From: Balanoglossus misakiensis
Taxonomy: Eukaryota; Animalia; Hemichordata
NCBI GenBank assembly: GCA_040954595.2
Contig: CM082593.2
Span: forward strand, 62,001 to 126,000
Direction of reading: 5' to 3'
Length of the DNA: 64,000 nucleotides
Notes under the pieces: model-generated
Told to the model about the DNA's origin: nothing
The model's input: the letters and a program-made list of their open reading frames with translations, nothing else
Databases searched by the model: none
Part shown: positions 1-17,700 of the stretch, in pieces
Numbering within the stretch: the first letter of the stretch is position 1
Layout of the letters: every line of letters starts with the position of its first letter
Made by a program: the position numbers and the translations under genes

Positions 1-1114
1 GTTTGAATTAATTCCAGATTAATGTCACAAGATTATCTCAGGATATTGTTTGCAATCATGCAGTTCAAATATATTGCAATTAATTTTAATCATTCTAAAA
101 TTCCAACAACAGCATATAGTTGACTGTACCGCAAAAGCAAAAAATGTTAATTAAGCCTATAGGACCGAATTAATCATTTTGTAAGAATGCTTAAACGTTT
201 AATTCATTGCGACCTTGTTTTAATATTCTTTTGTTTCACTGGCAGGGAAGTTCAATCTGCTGAAATGTTTAAAATTTCTGCTTCAGTACACGTGACCAGA
301 GTGGTTTAATAACCAGATTTGTGTCAAGTTTTGAATAAAGTGGTACCAATGTTCTTATACTTATCAGTTGTGAGCAGATTGTTGCGTCATGTAAAACTCA
401 GTCTTGCCCGAGTCCGAGTCTGAGACATTACGATAAGATTACGACATGAATTTACCTTAAATACTCTAAACGAAGCAAAAATGTCAGTGATTTTTAATGA
501 AAACACTTCCGACGTTGGTATTGATTTTTTCATTTAGCTTTAAAGACTGGTTGTCACTGGTAACAGAGAGGTGAAAATTCCAAAGTGCCGCACGGTTTAT
601 TGTTTTAGCTGGAAGTAGTGATCGTGACAGCGACGTTAACATGGCGTTATCGATTTCAGTATCCATCATACATTCTGTAAATGTTTTCATTACGGTCAAC
701 AAATAAGAAAATCTGGAGAGATTAGGTTTTTTTAGTTTAGCAATTTGATATAATTAGCGGTGATTGAGCTAAGCGATGTGTTTCACCCACATGGTTTCAC
801 CACAGTCCCTCAAGAAAGACGGTCGCGAATCGCCTATTGTTCGGACGTGTGAACGAGAGGATTAGCTGTAGGATGCGCATTATGGTCACGTGACCATCTT
901 AGAGTTGCGCTTTTTCCTTGGAAGCAAGTGACAGTCGCACTACTATCTACGGTGATTTTCCCGATATGTCAGTTATGTTTCAAGAATATTCCAATTCAGT
1001 GCATTAAATTCATTCGACATGTTTTTACATACAAGGGAAGTGCACATTTTGTGTATCAAATCGCTTCTTGTAGCACTCACGGGCGTTGTCATTTTCAAGG
1101 TGGATTGTGGGCAT

Positions 1115-1517
1115 ACACATTTTGCGGGCGTTTCTGGGACCGCTTTATTTTTGACCCTATTTTTCGATGTTTTTTTCTCGATAACTGTTACCAAAAGCTA
1201 TGTATGTTAACTCCAATATATAAGGTGTTAGGCAACTATATCGAAAATGAACGTTCTATTATACTTGAGCAGAAATCGGTCATTTGCATCGCTGTTTGAT
1301 TTTACACTGAAACAAACACATTTTGAGGGCGTTTCTGGGACCGCTTTATTTTCTGACCCTTTTTTCGATGCTTTTTTCTCGATTAATGTTACCAAAAGCT
1401 ATGTATGTTAACTCCAATATATAAGGTGTTAGGCAACTATATCGAAAATGAACGTTCTATTATACTTTCGCAGAAATCGGTCACTTGCTTCGATGTTTGA
1501 TTTTACACTGAAACAAA
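1115..1517. repeat. Tandem direct duplication, 2 x ~201 bp
   Basis: ACACATTTTG(C/A)GGGCGTTTCTGGGACCGCTTTATTTT...TTTTACACTGAAACAAA starts at 1115 and again at 1316, with only scattered substitutions. Confidence 0.9.
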
Positions 1518-4500
1518 TGGTGGCCTAATGTAAATAAGGTGGCTTCAAAATGAAATGGGCGATTTTTCATTCTCTTGATCATGCTAAGTCTTGTATTGGT
1601 TTTGGTGATCTTTAGTACTAAATTCTTGAGCTATCAGGCCATGACTAGTGACATATAAATGTTCAACTTTTATGAAAAATGCAAAACCATTTTCGAGCGA
1701 GCGAGCGCTTTCCAAGATGGCAGTGTGCATCGGGTGTGTTCATTATGCTTCAAGTGTGTCGTTTTTAACCCTTCGAAAATGTGTTTTTCAAATTCGATAG
1801 CCATTGTCAATCTTCTAGTTTACTATAATGTTGCCAAAGTGTTTAATGTTACCGAGAAAATTGTATTAAAATTCCATGTTGCTTTTTGAGCTGCACAGTG
1901 ATCGCCGTCGACCAGAAAGGAAGCCCTACAAATGCACTGTCTTCGATCACTCACTCAACGACCTGGGGCAGTACGTGTTCCTAGTCCTGGGTCGCGTTCT
2001 GATCGACAAGGTCAGGGTTAGAATAAGAGTTACAAATCGACATGTTGGTGGAGGGACTGTATCTTAAACGACATTTCTACAACAATAAAGCAACAGTACA
2101 CAGAAATTTTCCACACATGTGCTAAATAAATTATGATGCATTCTGGGGAAAATGACATCGGGCGCCTTATAAACTGTTGTCTTAGAATGTATTGACCGCT
2201 TCTAAATCTCAGACAAAGGGTTATATACAGGTACACTTAGAAATAGTCTACAAAAACTAGGCTGATGACAGCTTTACCAATATACAACACATATCATTGA
2301 AGCACGTTCATATATGCTACCAGTAGATGCAATATCAAGCTCTAATATCAGGAAGTATTGATACAAATCACATCTACCTCGCGAGATGAAACAATTTATC
2401 ATACTTGGAATCCTAATTGATATCTGAACAGGAAAGTGCCTGGCGTTGCTTAGCAACTGATGACAATTTAAGTGTTACAAGTGGTAAAGCTATACTGAGT
2501 TGTAAATATAGAACTACTGGTTTACGGGCACTTTTAAAATTAAATATTAAAATTTAATTATAAAATGACATGTCAGCGAGTTTTTCAAATTCGAGTTAAC
2601 TTAACTATGAGTAGCTCACGTGACACATGAAACTCTTGATATTTATGGATTTGTGACACGCCGGTTATATTACGTTGGAAACAAGAAAATGTTCAGGATT
2701 CCAGCAATTTCAACTTTCAATTAGCAGGGATCGGAGCAGGACAGGAAACTGTAGGTCCTGACAAAATATCAAAACATGTCAGTTTCATTTTTGTCCCTTA
2801 AAGTAAGATTATCTGTAAAAAATTTATTTCTCATTATTTTAGCTGCAACTGAATTACTATGGAAAGCAAACTTTTGGCTAAGCAGACACGTTTGCCGCGA
2901 ATGTTTCAATTAGGAATGAAAGTCTGGTGCTGTTCTTGTACACAATCTGCCAAATTATTTTGAAGTGTTTTAGTGCAGTTTAATGCAAATTGGAGACGAC
3001 AACGAAGTTAAACAATCCATGAAGTGAAGAAAAGTGTTAAATAGATCGTTGTCTTCAGTTAAAAGAAGTATAGTATGCTTCCCCAAAGCGAAGATGCTTA
3101 CTTTCTCTTTAGGCTTACATCTATTGTACAAGTAGGAATTCTTGTGAATCATTATCTTGTCAGCTTAGAATAAGAAGCAAATCATGGATGAAAAGTCCCA
3201 CAGTCTTGAATGCCTAATTAACATTTTAAAGACTAATCTTCAATCACAGAATCCTCTACTCAAAACACATGTACGTTTTAAATAAGCAAGACAGGCACTG
3301 TTTACGAAGTGGTTGATGACTCTGTACAGCAAATCATTCAACTAATAATTAGTCGCTCTATTTAGTTCTTACAGAAACTTGAATATGAATACGGTTACAC
3401 AATAGAAATCCTTGACGATGTCCGAGTCGAAAACATCAGACAGATTTGCCAAAAGACTCGTCTGTCTCTCTTTCTCAACTTACACCTTGTGAAAGTATTC
3501 ATGTATTCTTTATCAAATGAACACTAGTAAGCTTACTGTCTTTCCACTCGACTCTCTCTCAGCCTAGGCTAGCTTTTTGTTCACTGCGCTGGTCAGATTC
3601 TCTGTTGCACAGGTAGCATCAAGTAGAACTGCATGAGCTGACTATAGTGAACGAAAGGGTGTGGTAATTGAGTACCCAGTTCAGTGAGGGCGATGTCAGG
3701 GTCTAAGTTGATACCCAGCATGCAGAGTATACCGATCGCAACGCATTTATACACTATGATAAAACATCAACAAGGGGCTTTTTCAGTTCGTGTTATTGCA
3801 TGGCCACTAGAGTTGATAAAAGCATCGCTATTAAATGGGTCTTTGCACATCAATAGCTTAAAGCCTGCTTGGTTACTGGCAGGTTTACAAAACTAATTGA
3901 CTAACAGTAACACTTTTTACTATACTTTAAATGGATGACTACAATAATAAATTTACTACAACCCTTTTTGGCAACTAATGTGCTGTATACCATCCCTAAC
4001 CATTGTTTTACCGTGGAACCTAGAACGCTTGTATGGCCTCTTTTGCCTGCCTGGCTGCTAAGGATTTGCAACAATGTGGGAAACCAATAAACCAACATCA
4101 AACAAATAAATGTTCAACAAACTGAAACTACAGTTGATCCTACCAAGTGTTAGATTGGAGTAATCGTTTGAGCGTTCAACCAGAGATCGTTCAACAATAG
4201 ACAGTAGATCATCTTTTGTTCAACGAAAAGTTGGGAATCTTGTGTGGCTAGCAACATTTACACAATATTTCCCTGTATTCTAATCGTGGATGCAGCATGG
4301 AGCTACCACTTTGGTAACTCCATGGATGCAGCAAGTAAGCTCTGTTGTGGAGGTGCCTTGACAACATTCAAAGACTTACCGAATTTCTTGGAAGATCTAA
4401 TGTTGCAACACAGGTGAAAACCGCCAACCACAAATCCTTTGGCCATGCCAGAAGTTTCCTTGTAACTACGGTGCCAAGCTGTAGGTAAAATAAGTGAATT

Positions 4501-5155
4501 TAAATGGACCGTTTCTGCTGGGTTAGTTTTCGTTTATTCACAGTCATTCTAGCTTCAAATGGCATTTTGAAATCAAAAACAAATAGTTCAATTGTCTGCG
4601 GATCAGACTGTCTAAATAGCCATTTGCAAAGCAAACACACCATGTACACGGGATGTCATGACTTTGTTTTCAATGAGATCACCTGAAGGAAATAGTGAGT
4701 ACATTTTAGATGGCAGTGTTTTAATACGCAAAAAAATACATTGACACACCAGGTGTTTTGTACCCTGGATGCCAGCGGACATTCTTGTGAACAAATATAT
4801 TGCACAAAACTGATATATTTGTGAATGTAGTAAATATTCCTAAAAAAAACATGACATTTTCAAAGTTGTGGTTTCTTCTTCATCTTTATTATTTTCATGA
4901 AAATAATGGTAATTTTGTTAGAAAAAAACTTGAATCAATTAATGAATGTGTAGAGAAAGACTCCAAGAACATCTTTTATTCAACTTTTTTATTAACATTA
5001 AAAGAAGATAATTCAAAATTGCATTTTTATACTGCATTGAACTGCACTGCACTGCATGGAAAACAGAAAAATTACATTTAAATGGCAACACTACAAAACA
5101 ATTGTTATTTGACCTATATTCTTTCAACTAATGGATGTCAAATTACTGTTACTAA

Positions 5156-5938
5156 GGCTGCATTCACAAACACCTCTGGAGGGGGGGGCGGGAGAATTCA
5201 ATTTTTTTTACCGCTAATTTTCACATGCCCCCCTTCCGAACTGCCAATATTTTCAAATCCCCCCCTTCCGAACTGCCAAAATTTTGAAACCCCCCCCCCC
5301 ATTTTCTTTCACAGAGCAAAACACATCACCTATCTATCTTGTAAAAAGAAAAACAGCGCTCCCATGAAAAGAATTTGAAACTGATGTTTCCCCTCATCAG
5401 TGGGTATGAAAACTGAACATTGTTTTTATTTTTTAAGTACATATATTTGTATTCTGTGTTGGGAGACATTGTAAACCGAGAATTGAAGATGGTGGGTTTG
5501 GGAGGGGGTGTCCCCCTCCCACGTAAGAAAATTTTCTAAAATACAGAGCTCAAAGCTGCATTTTAATGAACCCGGCAAAAGCAAATTAACTCAACTACCG
5601 GTATGTTGGGGAGGACAAATTTAACCATCGCCGCTCAAAGTTATCATGGGGTGGGGCAAGTCCCCTGACCTGGGACACTAGATACTAGATAAACCAGTCA
5701 ATGATTGAAAGGTGTTGATGAATGGAGGGGGTGGGTGTGGAAAATTTTGTAAAATAAAGGGCGCGAAACTGCATTTTTGTGGACTCAAAATAAATATTTA
5801 GTCGTTAAAGTTTTCAAGTCCCCCCCCTTTCAGTCCCTAAATTATTTCAAATCCCCCCCCTTACATACCCTCAATTTTTTCAAATCCCCCCCCTCAATTC
5901 TCCTGCCCCCCCCTCCAGAGGTGTTTGTGAATGCAGCC
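5156..5938. mobile_element. Non-autonomous PIF/Harbinger-type MITE (~783 bp)
   Basis: Terminal inverted repeats of ~40 bp: GGCTGCATTCACAAACACCTCTGGAGGGGGGG.. at 5156 and ..CCCCCCCTCCAGAGGTGTTTGTGAATGCAGCC ending at 5938. TAA flanks both ends (5153-5155, 5939-5941), the 3-bp TSD typical of PIF/Harbinger. Subterminal TTTTCAAATCCCCCC-like repeats; no transposase. Confidence 0.88.
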
Positions 5939-6300
5939 TAAGTTATCAGCAATATTTCATAGTCTTTGTACAACTATGAATCAATCTTAGACTTTATGCT
6001 CTGACATGAATTAAATACAGATATGCATTCTGATGACAAAAACAACTGGAAATATAATTTTAAAAATATACTTTCTCAATATTTTTTGTCATTTCCATAC
6101 ATGACTGAATAATTCTTGTGACATTTGAGATGGATCACTTCATATGATGAAATTTCTACTTATCAAGAGAATGTGGACAGTATTTCGAGTACTCAACAAG
6201 AAATGATGATAGAATGGTACATGACTCATGATTGGTTGTCGTATGATCAGCTCAATCCTTGATTGGTTGTTTGCTAGTTGGTATGTAAACAGAATGACTG

Positions 6301-11985
<5,685 letters not shown>

Positions 11986-13501
11986 GATTTACTCGTAGCG
12001 TACTCGGTCAATTCCAAAGTACGAATACCGATGTGATTGTGCGAGTCGTCTGCCCAGCTAACACTCAAACAATCGAATCTATTCGACGTAACGTTGGTGG
12101 CGCTCCTCAGATCAAACATGGTGTCCGTATCACAGACTGTAGCAAGGCCAGTTTGATCAATATTTTCTGCAATATGTCAATTTATGATCAAGAATCCATA
12201 CTTTGAATGCTTATTCATGCATTTAGTAGATCTGACAAGTTCTCACCAGAGCTTTCAATCACAGCAAACCAGATCTTTCCAACATAGATACAAAACAGTG
12301 TACATGTAGTTCCATTTCTACACGTCGTTTTCAATTTATTATTTGGGTGGGTGGGGGTATGGCTCCTTAAATAAGTTGTTCATTCAATACGGAACACGAA
12401 ATGTTGGACCGTTATATATTAGGAACACTATTGCTTCTAGTCTTGGCAAAAAAGCATGCATCATAAGTAATATAAAGACAATCATTTTTGATGTGGGCAT
12501 TCACAGTTATGGTGAAAATGAATAGATTTGGAAATTGTATTTTTGTTTGTCCCAGCAGTAAAGATCACACAATATTTATTTTACTTTGATAGAAATAAAA
12601 AAAGACATGTTTTAATCACATTCATATTATATATATTTATAATAGGTAAGGATTACAGCTATAGTCACTGAATGCAAAAGAACATTCCATAAAATGACAA
12701 GTCAATGTGAACAAATTTCATGACAGTTTTTGAAACAAAAGAAATCTTTGAAAAGTCATGTTTACAATTAGCTCAGCTTTTAGTCTTATACCCTTAGAGG
12801 GTTTTACTTTTATTTGATTTGAAAAATACTTCTATACAGCTGTCTTGCAACCTCTAGCTTAGTTCTTGTTAAAATAAAACATGTCACATTTGAAATAAGA
12901 CATTGTTTCTTCATTGTCCTTTCTCAAATGGCTACATTGGCTGCTACTACTGATGTTGCCAATGTGACAACTGTGAAAGTGCTGTTCAGACTTCTGATGT
13001 GTTGATGATCAATTTTCTACAGAACGGTTGATAAACTGAGTGTGTACCTTTGATAATGATCACAATGATTCCATGACTGCTAATTTATCAACCACTGTTG
13101 TGATACCAATTTCACGTTTGTCATATAAATCCTTAATGAAAAAGATCAGAAAACCTCTCTCTGGTCCAATTTAAAGTATGTACACTTTACAACATTACAC
13201 TTATTTCTAAACCACTTACAGAGAATCTACTGGGTGAAGAAACATCCACAAGTCTCTCAAAATTCTTACAAGAGTAATATCCCACTCAAGTTCCCCCATT
13301 AGAGTAACGTCTAACTTGAGCAATAACTTGACTGCTCCACTACGCTTGAAAATGTTGGAATGACATGTGTAGTTTTCCAGAAACATGGTCATCATTTGTT
13401 AACTTGGTGATTCTGTCATAAAAATAATTGTTTCATTCTGTGTTGAGGATGACTGCTAATAATGCTACATTCTACTGAGTCATACAATGTTCTGAACTTA
13501 A

Positions 13502-14077
13502 AGGTCTCATGTCATGCTTTGGAAAGTTTTCATTTTTCCACATCAAAAGCTCACCTAAGGTACTTGTCTATGCATTGCCTATTGTGTCGGTTCCGAAAAA
13601 TGTGCGCGAATGCCAGAATTTGCCCCCTTTTTTCATGCCTGTGATCAGGGAGCCACTTCGCACTCGAGCCAGGCGAAGGTATTTGCATATGGACAAACAA
13701 GTACACTACGTCGTAGTGTACCATTCTGCTAACAGTATGGTGTAATTAGCGGTCCATGCGTAATTAAGTCCACAGACAAAGACAAGCTATATAAACAGTG
13801 TTCAAAGCAAAGGAAGCCCTTGTTTCACATTACAGGCAAAGGATTTGCGAAGGTGTGAAAGACTATTTGTCCACATCAAGATAAGCCTTCGACTGAACTT
13901 CGAAAAGCCGAAAAAACTCGACTGAGTTGGATTAGGGGTACACGCCCACCCGCCACTTTTACTTGCTTGTTATCTAAGCACAAGGGGCAAAACACATTGC
14001 AAGATAGTAACATACGTTAACTTCAAGACCCAAATAGTGATTTTACGCGTGGTTGTATAGGGCATGGCATGAGACCT
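13502..14077. mobile_element. Non-autonomous TTAA-flanked DNA transposon, Kolobok-like (~576 bp)
   Basis: TTAA|AGGTCTCATGTCATGC at the left end and GCATGGCATGAGACCT|TTAA at the right end: 16-bp TIR with 1 mismatch, TTAA TSD at 13498-13501 and 14078-14081. Purine 5' termini (AGG..CCT) fit Kolobok rather than piggyBac (CCY..RGG). Interior is more CpG-rich than the flanks. Confidence 0.8.
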
Positions 14078-14708
14078 TTAATGCTATGTGATTATACCCT
14101 TAAACACAATTTTAAGGTGTTTATCATTTGGTGAAGCTGATCTTTTAATGAACATGTTTCTTGGGAACTGTAAAAAAATTCTCTGTAATAACTATCATCC
14201 AGAGAAGATACCTGTTGTACAAATCTGATTTTGGAGCATAAAAATCCCAACACACTGGCACACTGGGTATGACTAATAATGCAATATTCCCCTCCTGTAC
14301 ACTATTTTACTTAGCAATCTCTGAAACTAAATTTGTCCCAGAAATATCAAGTGTTTGTTTGTTCATTTGTTTGGGATTGTTTACCCTGTTACGTATATAA
14401 CGACTTAACTATTGAAATTTAATATTAGTTTACATATTTTCCCAGTATTAATTTCAATAGAAAAGGGTCTAATGGCTTGTCTGTTTTAACTTGAGCAAAA
14501 TGCAAAAAGGTTGTTTTTTCACTCTTCTTCGATGAGCTTAATGGCCTGGTCATACAATGGCCCTTTGCCATTGGTTACTGAATATCACATGACTGAGAAT
14601 AATAATGCAAGCCTCCTTAAGCTTCATGATAATTTCCGTACTCTACATTTATTTTTGCGAAGATTTGATATAGCACCCTTTCTTTATTTCTTGAATCATG
14701 GCACCCTT

Positions 14709-17700
14709 TCACTTGCCAACTTCCTTCTGTAAATGTTGAAGGAATTCATAGTATGACATTGATGATTCTGAACGATCTTCCACAAGATGACGCAGGAACA
14801 GTATCCTCTGCCGACTATCCTCTCTGTCAGAAAATTGGAGAAAACATGTGTTATTACAAGCATTTGAGAACCTGTAACGATCTTGAGGAATTATTGCTAT
14901 AAATCCAGAGTCATGCATCTAATTATGTGTAATGTTGGATTGGTTGTGATGACATCTTTGTATGCATTAAAATTCCCAATTAAACTGTTCAATATCAAAT
15001 AAATATCACATATGTTCAGTCTGTCCACATGTGTTCCGTCTGTCCACATGTGTTCCGTCTGTCCACATGGATCTGGTGATATAGAAGGAAGCAAGTGTTG
15101 GAAAGCATACCTGATAACATAGAGGGGAGCATGGAATGGTCTCTTTTCTTCTAGATACTGAATGAAATTACGAAGTCTGTCTGACACCGGATTCTGCAAT
15201 TCTGGCAATTCATGCTGCAAACAAAAAGTAAAATAGTAGGTGTTGAATACATCTGATAGACAACATTCCTAGGACCCTGTAAACAAAGTTCAGTGTAAAG
15301 GTCATCAAGAGGTCAGGGTTCAAAGGGTTAAGTAAAATGACCAGGAAATCTATACCCTGTCTACAGACTACGCAGAATACACTGATTTTCTACAGTGTTA
15401 CAACTTTCTATCAAAACTACTTCAGGGTAAAATGATTGAACACTTACCATTTCTTCTGGGATTGATTGAAAGTCTGGCACATCCAAGACTGACTGTACAA
15501 ACTCCGGCGAGATGTCTCTGTTGATGTATAAGTACAATGCATTGCCCCTGTCCAACAAGTACGCACCATTCCTATACAAATGTTCTGATGACAAGGACAG
15601 TATTGGGGGCTGTGGAATTACTTGGTCATCGTGCATTATGCCACCCTGTGAAAACAAGATGTTTCGTCAGATTGACACCTTTCAAGTCCAGCTTACGTGA
15701 GAAAATGAGTCAATCAACATTGTCCCAGCCAGGAAGGTAGAGAGAATCAGAAATGGAGTCTAAGGTTTATGCATGTTTCATCTTACCTCATCTGTGAGTT
15801 CATGAACTGGATACATATCTGGGTGAAGTAACAACATAGCAAATACCACCGGTTGGTATTTGAATGCGTCCAAAGCTGAAGTTCTCTCATCAAGTCTTAC
15901 TGCACTACTCAACTTAAAAGCAGTCTGTTGGGGATAAAAAACATGCCATACTGTTACAATGGCTGATAACCAACCAATCAACCAACCAACCAACCAACCA
16001 ACCAATCAGTCAGTCAGTCAGTACATTATATTATTGCATGTACATGTACTTTAAAGACAAAAAAGCCACTGTATTAATACTTACATTCTTAAGTAGTGCC
16101 AGTACATAGAGAGGTAAGAGTTTGAGTGAATTTGGACACATGAGGGCGCCTGGAGCTTGACCAGTACTCGACAAGGTACCTTTGAACTGACACAGTGAAT
16201 CAATGCAGACATTGACAAGAGCGTCCCTTGCATCAACAATAGTGGCTGTCGAAGCTCTATCCACAGCTGTCAAAGATGAAAACAATATAACCATTGGTAA
16301 CAATTTAAAGAAACATTTTGCCATAGATGAGAAGAATCTTTCATTTTAATTAAAGAACTTTCACGTACCCATTCTTGCCAGAAGAGCTATGATGGCTTGT
16401 TGATCAGCGCCAGCATATACCTCTGTGAGTTGATTTGTCACAGGCAAAGCCAATGTATGAACACGAATACGTCTTTCACCTGGAAAAATAAATCATAGTG
16501 TACATTTAACATTTGGCATTAATGACGTCATTTTAGGTCTTAAGTTACATCACATAATGATCAGTAGGGATGTGGCAGATAAACACTACAACAATTAGAG
16601 TTGACAAGATTATATTTTGTTCTCTTTCAACTTAGAACTGACCTTTCCCGTTTGTGTAGAGTAAATCTGATTGAAAGCACACACTTTCACTTGTGCAATG
16701 ATTGTCAACATGAACTCTGACCCCAAGTTCACTTCTATCCCCTCCACAACTAATGTATTCTGCTTGAAAACATGAACTTTGACCTTACCTTTACTGCTTG
16801 TATAGAGTAATGCTGCTTGAAAGCATGCTAATGGAGAGTCATTGAGGGAATCTTCTATGGACATTTGCATAGCAAAGCCTGCATCAGGATTGATGTTTGG
16901 TAGTGACAGCAAATCAGTAGATCGCACAAAGAAGTTTCCATGGAAGGTATGAATGCTAAGACCTGTGAATCAATCCAACAAAATAACAGTCAGGCCTTTA
17001 GGGTGGGAGTTGAGGTAGAGGCTTTGTATTGATTGATTTAATCAAATTTAACTGTTATTAAGCTTCTCCCTTTGATAATTAGGAAAAAATATTTATTTTG
17101 TTGCAAAATACAGACTGATTAGGACTAGAATAGTAGGCATTCATTACTGCTGTATTTATAAACTGTTGACAAGAATCTGTCAGTACCCAGAACAACTGAC
17201 CTTTAGTACATCTTATTCTCATAACGGCTTCAAATCCGATCTTCCTCGTCAGATATCGTCTGAAATCATTCTCAAACCTCTCCACTTCTGCTGGTGTCCG
17301 TATAGTATGGAATGCTGGGTAATATTCCACACAGCCACCAGAATACTTGGACACGCACGCTGGAGTGAGTGAAATTGAATGAAATTGAATGGAACCATTT
17401 GCCTTGGACAGAGACCCAATCTCATCGTTGAAAACAAAATATCAGATTTTAATGCATAGGTTTTAATAAAACCTTGTGGATAAATGAACATTGAAATATG
17501 TTCTGTTTGCCTGACACTGAATTGTTTGTACTGCTTAAAATCTTACAATAAGATCAAAGTATTCTTGGCATGTGCTACTCACAGAGAGATGCGATATCTA
17601 CGTAGTTATTGGCAAACAAGAAAAGATCAACAGCAATTTGTTGAGCTGAACAATCCAGTGACATCTTCTTGTAGAAATCTGTAGCTGGACCAAGATTTGG

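Noticed and set aside
928-1299. 123-aa ORF and overlapping short ORFs in 484-5400
   Set aside because: No recognisable domain or splice-consistent exon chain; they overlap a tandem duplication and probable repeat debris.
3120-3450. Possible decayed Penelope GIY-YIG tail and hammerhead remnant (CTTGACGATGTCCGAGTCGAAAAC)
   Set aside because: Too degenerate: no intact CUGANGA core, no stems, and no convincing protein motif.
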